Positions 1-14,382 of a stretch of 64,000 bases of DNA are shown piece by piece. Below the pieces are notes generated by a model. That model saw nothing but the letters and a program-made list of their open reading frames with translations, was not told the DNA's origin and ran no database searches. How positions within the stretch are numbered: position 1 is the first letter of the stretch; each line of letters opens with the position of its first letter. This stretch comes from Styela clava. Its lineage: Eukaryota. A program made the position numbers and the translations under genes. Where the stretch lies: NCBI RefSeq assembly GCF_964204865.1, contig NC_135253.1:13764001-13828000 (forward strand). The letters run 5' to 3'.

Positions 1-149
1 CTTATTTTAACGTTTCCACTGATTGGCCTTAGAGTAGAACATGTTGGACCGACCGCGCTGTCAGCTATTTTTAGTTTGCAAGGCGCGCGCGGTGTTGGTG
101 TTTCGTTTCCATAACAACTGGCTCTTCCATCAAATTCAATTCTAGTTTA

Positions 150-3100
150 GTTCTTCAGTGGGTGTCAAGGACCCATCACAACTCCATTAAAATCCTTTTT
201 TCTACTCACTAAATTCATTACTAACCTTCCGTCGCAAATGCTCTCCGTCGATAGGGGAAGAGAATTTCTGGATTTATCACATGTTAACTGTTGCTGCCAA
301 GCATCAATATTTTTTACTGCATAAAGAGAAGCTTGTCATAATTAAGTTATTTTGTTTAGCTTATTTTGTTATCAAGATGGAAACATTTTGAATTGAATCG
401 GAATATACTTAAAAATTAATTTTTCTCTTATAATTGTAGATAGATACCTGAATTTATGTCCCAAATCAGGAATTAATGAGCAACCAGCAAACCAATTACC
501 GTTTGATCAAGATGGTCGCACAACAATTAACGATATCTTGTAACTGCGAATTTGGGTACTCCCGTAGTATGTGAACCAAGATGGCGGACACCGGAAAGTA
601 GTATGTGTACCAGGTTAGGGTTAGGCCATCATTTTATTCCAATTTTCCTTATTTCAGTTCTATTACGAGTTCGGGGACTAGCCAAGTTTCCCGTAGTCTT
701 GTAGTATTTGAACCTGAAATTATGGAAATTATGGAAACCCTAACCTGGTACACATACTACGTCCCAGTGTTCGCCATCTTGGTTCGCATACAACGGGAGT
801 ACCCGAATTTGTACCTTAAAATAGGACTTATGGTTGTGTTAAGAATTCCCATTACTCGCTAGATTAACGATTAATGATTTTGACACTACTACCAAGTTCT
901 GATGCGGACTCACTTAACATCTGTGATTGGTTTACCTCTCTGCCGTGGCAAATCTCGTAAAGTTTCCATGCTCTTAAGATGATGTTTACTACCTGGAAGT
1001 AGTACTTATAATGAAAATTATAAATATCTCACTCCATCGAATTTTCTCGCAGACAGCTGGCTTTGTTCTCTTTTTGCACAGACATTCGTCAGAAAGATCT
1101 GGGCAATCTATGATTCCATCACACAGACTATTGAAGGCAATTACAGTTGGATGAGTCAAACAATGAAAACATTGCTTGTTGAGAAAACCTTGAAAACGGA
1201 ACAATAAGCTCAATAGCAGATTACTTATTTTATTGGCAAAAATATGGCAGTTGTATAAAATATTTGATAATAAGTAGTTACAAAAAAAATAAATAAAACG
1301 AATAAAATTGCCGAAATTTTATCATTGAGGTATCAGTCTAAATAGATTCATTATATATATCATTAATTAAAATGTTCGATGTGTAAAGGGCCAGCTAATT
1401 TTGAAGACAAACAAAAGCAAAAACATGCTAATTGGCGAATTGTATGCGGATAAATGATGTATTCGAACGGATTTATCGACTTTACTCTCCATCGGGAAAA
1501 ATATTAAAATTCCTAAACTATTAGGTGTGCGAGCTCGTTTATGTAGAATTTTCAATATTTTTCCGAGATTAAATGAATATATATATAAATTTAAAAATGC
1601 CTGTATTTCATCATACTTCGTTGTTTCGTAGAATTGTCATTGTCACAAAAACACTCGTCAGCCCCTGTAAAATATAACAATGTGTGCTACGCTAAATCAA
1701 TACACGAATATAAGAAATAAGGTCGAATGAGAATCCAGTTTTTGCCCAATAATGAGTTATTTGTGACCGAGTTTATTCACTATCAGATAACATGTTTTGT
1801 GTACAGTACTCAATTGTACCTTTTCACAATAACAAAATTACCAGCTGATGCTAACGATTGTTTAGCATTTACACCCAAAACACAAGTTATGGTATTGAAT
1901 CAATATAGTTTGTATTCAATGGATTTCCTTTCATTGTGTTGTTGACCCACTGCCGGGTTCGATAGAGAGAGAAATTTGTAACAGGCTTCTGGGCTAATCT
2001 AATGGTATCATAACGGTCATTTTATACATATTGTAACGGATTCCATTTGAGTGTACTTTCAAATTAGTCGGTAGCTTTCATCTATCATTACTTATCGATT
2101 TTAAGCGGTAAGTATGTTGATAGGTATTTGTCTGTCTGTTTGTTTGTTTCTCTGTCTGTTAGATGCAGGCGATATCTCACGAAAGCAAGATTGAATTTGC
2201 CCCAGATTTTGCATGTGCGTTCATCATATGTCCTACCAGAATCCTATTGATTTTGAATTAATTATGTCGTATAATTAGCGAGTTATTAATTAATTGGTGT
2301 CACTATGGAGTAAGAGCGCTGTTTTGGGGGATCCCTAACTTTCGATCGATAAGTCTTCGGTCTCTGACCGATATTCTAGTTTATTTATCAACGAAATTAA
2401 ATTCTGAAGAGAGAATGTTTCTAAGTAGATGTTTCTCTATCAATGTTGACTTGAATTGCTTCTAGTATGATGCCAACTACTTTTTACTGACACTTTTGTT
2501 CCAGCATAAACCTGTGTGAGCTTTTAGGGCTAGGGCGTCAGTGTTCATTCATTGCAAACAGTAATACTTCCACGTTTTTAACGGGCTCGCTATCTTCTCT
2601 ACGGGAGACGGGCGCATTTTATAATTCGGCACAATCCTAAACTAAAAAGGGGTGAGCCAATATCACAGAGTCTAGCAAACGTTCACGTTTCGACTTATAT
2701 TAAATAAATCAAACAGTAACTTACTGACGACAAAAAGTGTAAAACATTGCATCTTACTGCTGCTTTCGTTGAATTTATATTTGATTGTGATTTGTGTCTG
2801 CTCTACATTAGATCAAACAACAAACAAACAAAAAAAGCTTTGTAAAATGGTTACCCCCGACACAATGATCAATTCCGTCGCACATGTAGTGCTCGGGTAA
2901 AAGGCATCGCTTTGGATTACGAGTTGAGAACACGCCATCGCAAAATATTTCTTCTCCAATTCGTTGTGCCATGCTATCGCGCTCGTCAGAACCATCACTG
3001 GAAATATAATCAAATATAAAGATTTAAAATTTTTAGTACGGATATCAATAGGTAGATACGTTTTTATGGGCTTTGTAAAATCAAGATCACAAGCTTTCAC

Positions 3101-3931
3101 ATTTTACACACAAAGTAGACATATGTATCGTTTTGCTAAATTGATGTTGTTACTATTCTTCCTCTTGTTTTTGTGAAGAGTCCATTTTCTATTTCAATGA
3201 TTGTTGTTATACATAGAAGGCTATTACTTTTACTTGTTTTAAAAGTTTCTGTGATTTCTATGCAATTCGTTTTTCACTTCGAAGTTTTGTGTGATGACGT
3301 CATCGAAATAAAAAATTGCGCACCGTGTGGCGTTTCCAACATCAAGATATTTCAGCGATCTCGTGGTCAGCGAAGTCGGCAGTTTTTGATAAGGAAGATT
3401 ACCGGTACTGTGAACGATTTGATACTACTTCGTTTTGGCTTTCGTTTCCATATATTTGAGCATTACTCTCTTGTTATAAATCGCCATCATTTATAGAGAG
3501 AAGATGCACCACGTTGTTGGGCCAATTTTTCTGGGGAATCATCAGTGCATATACAGTATATATATATATTAATTTATATGATACTGGTTATTTCATAAGG
3601 CAAAATAGTAGTTCCAAATAGTATGCAATGTAACGCGATATATATATATAAATTGTTTCTAGAAAAATACGTTATGATTTTAAAAACACTGGTTAAAGAT
3701 GGAAGTTTTGAAAACTATTACGTTCAATTTTATTCAAATTTAGAAGATAATTACATAATAGCATATTTCGCCAGCAAAAGAAAATCATAAAATTGTGGTT
3801 CAAGACCATAAGCTCTATTTAATATATAACAAGAAAGGTATTTTCTATTTGGGGGAACTTACAGACAATCTGGGTGACCGTCGCAAAATCCCATAATGCA
3901 AGATTTTCCATCGAGGCATCTAAAACGATCT
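150..3931 (-). CDS. Multi-exon LDLa-repeat protein (partial), resembling the ectodomain of ascidian LDLa-repeat GPCRs
   Basis: GT-AG exons 3931-3863, 2997-2855, 1664-1617, ~1189-1034, ~992-914 and ~317-225 join in frame. They give FRCLDGKSCIMGFCDGHPDCL/DGSDE, CLLPEHYMCDGIDHCVG/GADECFC, CFHCLTHPTVIAFNSLCDGIIDCPDLSDECLC and ESICDG. 5' and 3' ends are unresolved. Confidence 0.75.
555..803. mobile_element. Merlin-type MITE, copy 1
   Basis: TIR GGTACTCCCGTAGTATG...CATACAACGGGAGTACC; 8-bp TSD CGAATTTG (547-554 / 804-811); internal GGTTAGGGTTAGG. Confidence 0.8.
2087..2380 (+). mobile_element. Helentron-associated (HINE/DINE-1-like) non-autonomous element
   Basis: Subterminal inverted repeats CTTATCGAT...ATCGATAAG, internal (TGTC)n, 3' hairpin CGGTCTCTGACCG, ends CTAGT; second copy at ~35059-35336. 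Confidence 0.7.
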
Positions 3932-5133
3932 CTGAAACACCCTGATAAAGAAATGATGAGTAGAAAACGAAGTTCTTAATTCAAAGACCTCATGAGGATA
4001 AGGGTTGTAATATTTACGCTATAGGCAGCAAATGACGGACAAAGGACAATATTCAACAATTGTTGGACATTCCTACTTCAGCGTTGATTAAGAAACAGCA
4101 TACGCTTGGATACGTTGCTTTTAAGATTTTCGTATCCGATTCGATTTATAAGAACTGGCTTTTGGTATGCAACTTTTAGCTTATCTTTTATAGAATTCTT
4201 TTTTCATTTTTACAAAGAGAGAAAAGTAAGAGCGATCAAAGTTTGAAGACGTTTTAACGCATATTATTGGTTTGTCAGTCATGTCTTTGTCATATTTGGG
4301 GGCTTAGTAACTGTCAATATCCTATATATATTCGGTAATATTAAAACATAACTACCAAATGTATAAAATTTTATTACATGTATAAAAAGAATGAAATATG
4401 TTTATAAAGTTTCGAAAAAATTGCATAATCTTACACGGGTCCAGAAATATAAAGTGTCAAAATCTTTGTTACGTTCGACAGTAAGCAGATGCTATCGTGC
4501 CTCCGATATCAGGGTTTGAGTTTAAATTAGTACGATTGTCTAGCCCTAAGGTAAGCCGAAGTGTCGAGATATCGTCACTGATATTATATGAGAAGCCATA
4601 TCTCAATATGCAAGATTTCTAGCCAATCTAGCCAAAACAATAAAGAAAATTGGGTAAAAAAGAAACTACATAATTCCGTGAAAAAAATAAAAAAAAATTC
4701 ATCAATATTGTGCATCAGTGTAATTTGTTTCAAGTACAGGACATCCTTTCAATACCATATTTTGAATCTGAGAACCAAAGCCCATTAGTCACACTATACT
4801 GAGTTGTTAACTAATAAAATAATTGAACATATATGAAAAATATGGCAACATTCTTCCGACGTAAAATACTATCTCTATACAGTGATATTTCAAAACAAAA
4901 TTTATTTTCAAAATAAGTTTAATTACATAGTTTACTTTCCATACTTACATACCTTGTGAAGAACGAAATCCAAACAATAAAATTAAATGTAAAATGACGA
5001 TAACGTTGAAAATCAACATGATATAACTGTTGTGATGTGATGATCTTCACTATTACGCTATGAAATATAATAACCACTGCGGTAGAAAAAATAAAAATAA
5101 AATGAATAAAAAACGTAACAACTATTCAATCAT

Positions 5134-8100
5134 CTAAGAAGAATCGTATGTATATATATATACTGAAAGCAATTACACATATGCAAAAATCCTCATCTAG
5201 ATAGGTTTGATTGCTAAACATCACTTCAGACAAACGTCTGTTATAATATTCTTCCGCAGTTTTCTGGGCAATGGTAAAGACTCAGAAAACACTATTTCAC
5301 ATTGCTATTGGCGTATCGTTTAGGAAAAAAAGCGGATTTTATTTCGAATGATTATTTCCATCACAATTTTCAAAGTCGGGAAAAGACAAGCGTGAAGAAA
5401 ACAAAATTAAATTTCTCAAATAGTATTAAAACATTACGAAGAAATTATTGTAACTGCATAACTGTAACCGAGAAGAATTATGAGTAACTATAGAATAATT
5501 GCGTTGAAAACTCTGAACTATATCGAAGAGAAAAAGACTAATATTTATGGATATGAGCGCCATATCTGAGATGATATCGAGAACATCATCATGATCATAG
5601 GAGGAGTACTTTGTCTGTTCCAATTTAATAAAAAAGCTTTCCAACGTACTATATTTGTTCCATATTTTTTGTGCGCACCCAATTTCTACTAAGATTAGAT
5701 TTCGTTTTTTTTTACTTTTTTAATGTACTAAATCGTACCAATTGATACTCTGAAGTAATAAATATATTAATGTAATGAAACCTATTCAAAACGCGCTCGT
5801 TTATCATTCAATAAATTTTAGTTTAATCGCAGTGGAAGTACATGACCAATCAAATAGAAGAGAATGGTTCAGTATTATCTGTTCACAATCCACAATAGCC
5901 GCAGGTAAATATTTTCGGTCAGTGTTTCCAAGCAACGAGAATTGCGGGCACAACCACTTATGCACACAAATTAGCCATGCATAATGTTGTCAAGAGATGA
6001 AAGTTTCAAACATCGGTCTATTATATTATATTAGCAAAACTAATGGGTCAAAACGCGATTTATCTTGTGCCAATTTGATCTTTCATCATCCAAATCGCTC
6101 ATGTATGAAGTAGTTCGTATAGCAAATTAAATCGCATTTGAAACAATGCCAACATGTAACTTTCCATTCGTTGCCTCCAAACATTTTATACTCTGCAAAC
6201 TAATTTGTTATATTGTTATTCAACAAGAAAAAAAAATCAAAATGAAAAAAATGGATATTAAGGAATCTGATATTAACGAAAAATGCTAATTGAGATTGAT
6301 TAATTTCAATATGCCCTTAAACTGTTTTGGTAAGTACTAAAAGGAACCAAAACAAATATTAACTGCGGGAGGAGAAATAATGAAACCCAAGGTATGAACG
6401 AAGTACAATTGGACGATGAGACTGTGAAACAAGCAGCAATGGTAGTTGATGGCACAAAGTGCGATTGCTGGAAATCCATTTTGCGTTTTAAATATTTTTA
6501 GCAACATATCTGCTGCAGAATTTATTTGGAGAAATCGCAAATTGTGCAAGCTGGATTACCTATAACTATAGATCATATTTTACTTTTTCAACTCAAAATT
6601 GACGACTGTTTTCAATTTGCCATGAGTGAAGACTCCACTTCCTTTGTACAAATTATTCGATTTGAACTTACCTCAGATAATAAAAAAAGCAAAAAATGTG
6701 ATACAAATAGGAACAATCATAAACCGTGTACTGCCGAAAAGGGTGCATGTTTTAACGAACATAGTTGCTTCATTTTAAGAACAATTTCTCATATTTACCT
6801 GTTTCCATGTCAGATAGGTGTAGACAGAAAAGTATTATTCGAATATTCCAATGTGCAATGGGACAGATATTTCACAATTTCACATATTCGTTTTCATCAA
6901 CGGTCGAATCAAATTGAATTGAATAAAAATTTTCATGAATCTATAGTTTTCAATTTTATATTGTATCGATTTGGACTAGTGAATATTTGTGAACTGAATA
7001 TTAAAATTTTATTGTATTTTTTTTTTGTTATTGTCCCGTATCAAGTCTATTTGAGCATAGAGAGACTAGTGTATTGTTTATAAAACGGTAAATGGGAATT
7101 TTTGTGTCTGTATGAAAAACGTTTCATGAGTTTGGATGGTATTGAAAATTTATATTTTGTTAACTGTGTATTATGGCTGCCCGTTTCTTCATATATATAC
7201 AGGGTGGTCGTCAGAAAAGCAGAAAATTTGGACGTCAGATGAGATCACAATAGGTTGAATTGGAACGATATCCCACAAGTTAACCTTCAAAACGTTACAC
7301 GAGGTTTGACTTCTAGGTTAAGACACTGCTCTGCTCTGCACGGACGAAATTTTGGTAGTCTATAAGTGTAATATGTCTTGAAAAACTTTGTATGAGTTAT
7401 TCTTTGTAAAAAATAAATAGATGTTTGACAAATTTTCTATTTTTCTGACGACCACCTATATGGATAGGGTTTTATTTTTTATCAATTCTAAAAAAAACAT
7501 TGTGTTTTAAAACAAGGGCTTGTTTTAAATTAAATTTTTTCTGTATTTTTTGTATTTTTTAATGAAATACCCATTGCATCGCCGCGAAACTACGTCAAAA
7601 CGTTGCATTCTGGCAGCTGCACACGCAGCCGGAATTATAATTTCAAAAATGTAAGTAAAATTTTTTATTTTGACTTTTACTTCTATTGCGTACATTTATC
7701 GCTACGTTTGTATCTCCACCAAAGTCATAAGATTTTACCCGGAAAGTTTAGCCGAGATATCAGAGAGACGTTTTGAGTAAGAAAAATCATGAAAATCAGC
7801 TCACGAGCCTACTACAAAAGCAATTATATCTAGTGCAGCCCTTCAGCAAAACAAGGGGGTTGCGATAACGAAGAATATGCTTATATCGATGGTAATATAC
7901 TGATATAAACGATAAGACCCTATAGCCTAGCCTATGGTAATTGTAAGGGTCCTCTGATGCAAAGACGTCACAACTAATCTGTTATGACGCCATAATATGG
8001 ATTTCGAGTTCATGTATTGACCTTTTTCTCATAAAATGAAGGCATTATCACGCTTAATACTGTTCGGGTAATTTATGCTTAGCATACTTTGTTGTTAAGG

Positions 8101-11100
8101 TTGAAGTGATAGAGTTTTTCAAGGTTATACAAACTCATTTATTCGATCGCATTTCAATTTTCGAAAGGTGGTTTCATCGCAGCATGGTCGTTCACGTGAT
8201 GGCTTGTCGGTTGCGTCTTACGGCGCCAACCTCTGAACTACAGCTTGAGAAGGTGTGCATGAGCCTCTATCGATATCTATGGCGTTTTGAACGATTTATT
8301 GCAAATAAGAAGCGCTTGGTAAATTTTTACATTCGTTTTTCTCCAACCTATTTAATTAATACAAAAAAATCAAATAGTGGGGCCATTTTGAACAAAACAG
8401 GCAAAAAAAAAATTGATTTAGAACAATTCTTTTTGAATAAATCCCTATATATATATGCCGGATTCGAGAGCACAAACTCATTCCTTTTTATAAGATAATA
8501 TGCAGCATTGAAAAATGGCAAACTTTACACGAACGGAAGAAAATAGAACATATTTAAAGATGAGAATGATCATATTGGTATAAACTGATAATTGTTGTAT
8601 CCATTTATTATATATATAGAGAGAGTATTCTAGTTCATGTGACATGTCAGACCGAATTCATAAACAAACACAGCCTTGTGGAGGTGAAAATGTGATCTCT
8701 AATAAATTGCAAAATAACTTTGTTTACGTTTAGTTGGAAGACAACAGCAGCCATTTTAACATAATAGCGATATTACATATTAAATAACTAATGAAACCGT
8801 GCAAACTTATTTTGTGATGCTGGTTTAAATTACATTTTGGCATGCAGAGCCAAAAGAGCCACGTTGCATTCCGCCGTAAAATGTTTTTTGTTCTTTTTTA
8901 TCCAGTGTCTAGCACTATAAATAAGAATACGTGACCAGCTGAACCGGGCACGTGGATTATCTATTTTACTCATTCCACTGTGGGAAGTTTCCCATTGTAT
9001 CGCTTTCGGTGAATAGTTTAAAAACAAATCAAGGACAATAGTCCAGAGATTAATGCCTGGCAAAAACAATGAAACTGCGAACTTGATGAAGCTCATCCCG
9101 CTCACGTTTATTGTAAATTGATGCATCGTTGTATCATGAAACAATGATTTGCTAGATAACGGTAGATGATGCAAAAACATCATTGAAATTCATTTCCCGG
9201 ATATCTGGGTCGGTTTAGAGAAAATAGTTTTGAGCTGGGCCATTTCATTTGAGTCGCTTGAAAAAAATTTGGGAACCACTGGTCTAAGTAGAATCGTATG
9301 TATACGCTGAAACCATTTACCTATATGCAAATACCCTTATTTCGATAGGTTTTATCGCCTAACTTCACATTCAGCCAAACGTCTGTTTTAATTCTGCCAC
9401 AGTTTTCTGGACAATAGTAAAGACTCAGGAAACGCTATTTCATATTGTTATCGGCGCATCGTTTAGGCTTAGGGTAACAAACACACCGTTTTTTTCCGGT
9501 TTCAAATTTATTTCGAATGATTATTTCCATCACAACTTTCCAAATCGGTAAAAGGCAAGCGTGAAGAAAGCAAAAGTAAATTTCTTAAATAGTATTAAAC
9601 ATTACGAAAAAATTGTATTGTAGCAAAACAGATTGATATTTGTGGACATGAGCACCATATCTGAGATTATGAGGAGTAATTTGTCGAGTTTCAATTCAAT
9701 AAAAAAGTTTCTAACCGACTATATTTATTCCACGTTGCTCATGCCGTTGGATATGTATGTGACCTGTATCGCGAGGTTTTTTTTTGATTAGCATTTATAA
9801 CTCATCGTCGCAGTCAATGACAAACGATCATATTTACCATATATATGTATATCGTGTATGCAAGTATTTGTTTCGATCTCAGTTAAAAACGCCAGTAAAA
9901 TAAAATAAAAAACTATCAAGTATAACTATACTCAAAGTAGAAGTTTTCGTATAGATTGGCAGGGGTGAGTAACATCAACTGAGTTTATATAAGTAGTCTT
10001 GATAACTAATTCTTTTTTTTTGGTCAAATTTTTTAATGTGCTTGAATAATAAATGGTAACAATTGATATTCTGAGACTTAATAAGAAATATATTAATGTA
10101 ATAAAACCCAATCAAAATAAGATGATCGTATATCATTCAAGAAATTTTAGTTTGGTTGAAGTGGGTAAAGGAATAATCGAATAGAAGTAAACGGTTCAGT
10201 ATTATTCGTTTACAATCCACAATAGCCTCAGCCCTAGTAAATACTTTTGGTCAATGTTTCCAAGCAACGAAAATTGCGGGCACAACCACTTATGCACATA
10301 AATTAGCCATGCATAATGATGTCAGGTGATGAAAGTTTCTAATATCGGCCTATTATATTATATTAGCAAAACTAATGGGTCAAAACGCGATTTATCTTGT
10401 CCCAATTTGACCTTTCATCATCCAAATCACTTATGTATGAAATAGTTCGTACAGCGAATTAAAATGCATTTGACACAATGCCAACATCCAACATGTAACA
10501 TTTCATTCCTTGCCTTCAAACATTAATATTCTACAAACTAATTTAATATATTGTTCTTCAACAAGAAAAAGATCAAAATCTGATATTGAGGAATCTGATA
10601 TTATAGCAAAATGCTAATCAAGATTGATAGATTTTAATATGATTCTAATATGCTTTGACAAGTACCGGAAGGAACCAAAACAGTTGGTATCTGCGAGAGA
10701 GAAGAAATATATGGATCCCAGAAAGCAGATACTCTCCCGTCTACCCAGGTCTATGTGATCGCGATCGTAACAATTATATAGAATGATATAAGATAACATA
10801 TAAGCACTAATTTTATTTATTTTTTCCAAATAATATGCATCATTGAAGAATGGCAAACTTTGCATATACCGGAGAAAATAGAACTTATTTAATGATGACA
10901 ATGATAATATTGTTATAAACTGATAATTGTTGCATATATTTATTATATTTATATAGAGTATTCTGGTTCATGTGATTTTGTTCTCAACATCTCAGACCGA
11001 ATTCATAATCGAACACAGCCTCGCCTGGAGTGAAGGTGGAAATGTGATCACTGATTTGCAAAATGTCTTTGTTCACGCATTTGTTTTACAAACATAATAG

Positions 11101-11695
11101 CGATATTACAAATAAAATAACTAAAAAACATATAAAATTATTTTGTGATGCTGGTTTAAATTCCATTTTGGTATGTAAAGCCAAAAGCGCCATGTTGCAT
11201 TCCGCCGTAAAATGTTTTTTTTTTGTCATTTTTTTTATCTATAGTGTAGCACTATGATTGCAAATACGTGACCTGCCGAACCAGACATATGGAATATCTA
11301 TTTTACTCATTCCACTGTGGTGGAAAGTTTTCCATTGTATCGCTTTTGATGAATAGTTTATAAATAAACCAAGAACAATAGTCCAGAGATTAATGTCTGG
11401 CAAAAACAATGAAACTCAGAACTTATGAAGCTCATCCTGCTCACGTTTGTTGTAAATTGATGCATCGTTGTGACTTCGAACAATGATTTTCCATATATCG
11501 GTGGATGATGCAAAAACATCATTGAAATTCATTTCCCAGATATCCGGGTTAATTAAGAGAAAATGGGTTTGAGCTAGGTCATTTCACATCCAACCATGTT
11601 AACGGTGGATGATGCAAAAAGTTCATTGAAATTCATTTCCCGGATACCTGCGTTGGTTAGGAGGAAACAGGTTTGAGCTAGGTCATTTTACATTC
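5134..11695. repeat. Old tandem segmental duplication (A..B-A'-B')
   Basis: ~5134-6360 aligns by eye with ~9284-10690, and ~8490-9250 with ~10830-11590; an extra ~90-bp local repeat lies at 11501-11695. Confidence 0.8.
7200..7458 (+). mobile_element. Internally deleted Tc1/mariner element
   Basis: TIR CAGGGTGGTCGTCAGAAAA...TTTTCTGACGACCACC flanked by TA; internal relic WNDIPQVNLQNVTRGLTSRLRHCSALHGRNF resembles a mariner-type transposase C-terminus. Confidence 0.7.
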
Positions 11696-13103
11696 ATTCA
11701 TGTTACGTTTTTATTGAAATGCCTATGGTATATATTGAAGTTTGTCAGTACTCTCAGTATGCTTCCCAGCTTTTCAAATTTGAGGGCTGGTACATATTTT
11801 GCTATTAGCGATAAAACTAAACTAAATAAAAATGTGTTATTTATTTGACTTACCACCTGTACCGGAAGATAAGCCATTTTTGTATATTCGAATACAATTC
11901 TATTCAAATTATTCACTAATTAGGGGTGCATTTAATTGGATGGGGAAATCACTGATCACGCTATATCCAATTCACAAAATGTAGTATCGCCTATAAAATT
12001 AATACTAAGAGCACCAAAATTTACATCTAGAAGCGACAATTTTGGGACAGTCAGAAATAAATTACCAGATACTGTAAAGCTGTAATAGGAGCCCGTACTC
12101 CCTAAAAGCTTTCTAGAATCCAAAGGCGTCATATAAAACGAATATTACATGTATCCATCCATAATAAATCTGTGAATAGGTGATGTGGGAATGCTTAATT
12201 TACACGAATTGCCATGACTCTGGCTCACAAATCTCAATTTTGTTTTTATTCATTTTCCATATCAATTATATATTAAAAAACACTTACAATACCTATATAT
12301 ATATAGTAATTTCCATAAAAATAGTCCTCGCTGCCTATCGCAGATCTTTGTGAGTAAGTCGCCTTTTTTCGACGTTTTATTACAGTTACTCTTTCCATTT
12401 TGGGAATATGGGATAAAGCTTCACCAGTTGAGCAACAAGGCGTTCGTAACAACGCGTTAATTATCTTGTTATTGAGAAATTTGATCTCAGTTTCAATGTG
12501 ATGCACGAAAGTTATTATTCTCTATTCTATTCATCAGAACACTTCCCTGAGCGTGATGTCATGAACAACGCTTTTAATGGGAAGTAACGAGGATTTCCGT
12601 CAGACCATATTTTATGATGAGATAACCCAATGGGAGATATTGTGCGCAACACAAAATTTTTTGAACTAGTGTTTTCATTGCCAGGCAATAATATATGTAT
12701 GTATTCATCATATTGTTCAGATTGCATATTACAAAGCACTTCGAGTTGACGAAATTTCCGTCTCGAATTTAGACTACGAAGTTTCTGAAAACACGACTTC
12801 TGGTCCGACCTCAATATAATGTTTACCATGACCACGCATTACAATGTAGAAGTCATCTTGATTTAAAGATTTTAGGTGCTTACAGAGTCTTGTTCCAAAA
12901 TAGTATGCAAAAACTAAAGAACAATGTTTCTTGGATAAATGATAGATTTTTCTGATTTAATTTCTGGTTTTAGCTTTTATGAAAATCTAACAATGCCAAT
13001 TTATGTCCAGCTGCAAGACCAAAGCTACCCAAAATATTTGTTGAACCGAAACCGGTCATGCCGTTCAGAAAGTGATAATTAGGTATACTATAATGGAGGT
13101 TTC

Positions 13104-13136
13104 TTCCGGAATTCTGAAAAACTTAGCTTTAAAAGG
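13104..13136 (+). promoter_or_regulatory. Putative core promoter of peptide gene 1
   Basis: Palindromic TTCCGGAA (ETS core) at 13104-13111 followed by TATA-like TTTAAAAG at 13128; same arrangement at the paralog. Confidence 0.4.
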
Positions 13137-13209
13137 AGCAGTTTGAAATCTGGAAGCACATTTGTTGGCCTTGGTTTAATAGTCGATATATATCAAAAGC
13201 AGCCAAAAT

Positions 13210-14382
13210 ATGAAATCACTTGTACTTATTTTGGGGTTGGTGTTGCTCGCGGTCAGTTTTGGCGACGGTTACTATCACCGTAGACGTTACCACCACTCCT
13301 ACCATGCCCATCATCATTACGCGCAGTATAACCGATTCTCCCGATCCCTTACGTCTCTTTATCGCATCGGAAGAGGATTGCGAGTCACTGGGAACAGACT
13401 TATTGGTCTTTATCGTTTGTACAGGTATTGAATTAGTGATTAATATCTTGACCTCACAAATATATTTTATTCGTGAAACACTATTTATAAAATTTTGATG
13501 TTTCTGCATCAAAATTTTCAAACTACGCACAGATAAAAGTTGCGCAAGTTTTAGGGCAAATCTAACAAAAAATCAATTAGCAAAATTTTGAAAAATGACA
13601 AAATTATTATTTGTTTTGTCAGTTTGAGACCACAATTCAGTTTTTGAATAGTATTAAATATTTATATTCAATAATAAAGATAAACCAAAACATTTCTTCA
13701 AAATTATATCGTAAATCGTTACGCCTTCAATCTCTATTCTAAATTATTATGGACAAACTTGATTTATATAAGGTTCCATTTTTGATCCCCAAATATATCG
13801 ACAAAGCTATATATTTTTGCAATAGAATACTAATAACATCCACGTTTTTTAGACGCATGCTGATTAACATGCATCATTACGGGTACCATGGTGACGAAGA
13901 CGACTTGTCTTTACTTGATGAAGATACTAGTTCGTTTGAGGTGAGACCGAATTGAAAATAATATAATAAAGTTAATCGAAGCCTTTTGCATTTCACGAGT
14001 AAAGTTCAAAAACTCGTTTTGAATGGAAAATAATAATTATCAAATTCCGTTTCCGTTACAGAAAGATGAAATGAACATGCCAGAACAACTAGCTGATAAC
14101 GCCGGTAAGTTATATTATAAATCAAATGTACATAATAATTTTATTACAACATTTATTTCTATTCCAACGGGGGCCAATGACTGGCCCTTATGATTATAAT
14201 ACACAATTTGTAAGTCAGCATACATCTTTGGCATATTTTTAGCAATCAGGCGCAACTAGATAAACTTGACTAATAAGACTTCAACTATTACGATTAATGT
14301 GATAACTGTAATGTATGATTTTATCTTTATAGAAGACAAGGACGATGGTCAAGCAGAAGATGATATATCCATGACGGAATAG
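13210..14382 (+). CDS. Secreted His/Tyr/Arg-rich cationic peptide precursor with acidic C-terminal propiece (131 aa); candidate antimicrobial peptide
   Basis: Exons 13210-13424, 13853-13940, 14062-14104, 14333-14382 (GT-AG, 396 nt). Protein: MKSLVLILGLVLLAVSFGDG|YYHRRRYHHSYHAHHHYAQYNRFSRSLTSLYRIGRGLRVTGNRLIGLYRLYRRMLINMHHYGYH|G|DEDDLSLLDEDTSSFEKDEMNMPEQLADNAEDKDDGQAEDDISMTE. AATAAA near 14470. Confidence 0.85.

Noticed and set aside
612-627. GGTTAGGGTTAGG as a telomere-fusion remnant
   Set aside because: Only two units, always embedded within MITE copies.
6526-7083. 185-aa ORF
   Set aside because: Non-ATG start, AT-rich, no recognisable domain or splice support.
12273-12835. Minus ORFs with IWSDG...TSRSGK, suggestive of a transposase relic
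   Set aside because: Motif spacing too short and no TIR/TSD found.
13216-13530. Antisense and alternate-frame ORFs over peptide gene 1
   Set aside because: Shadows of the real exon.
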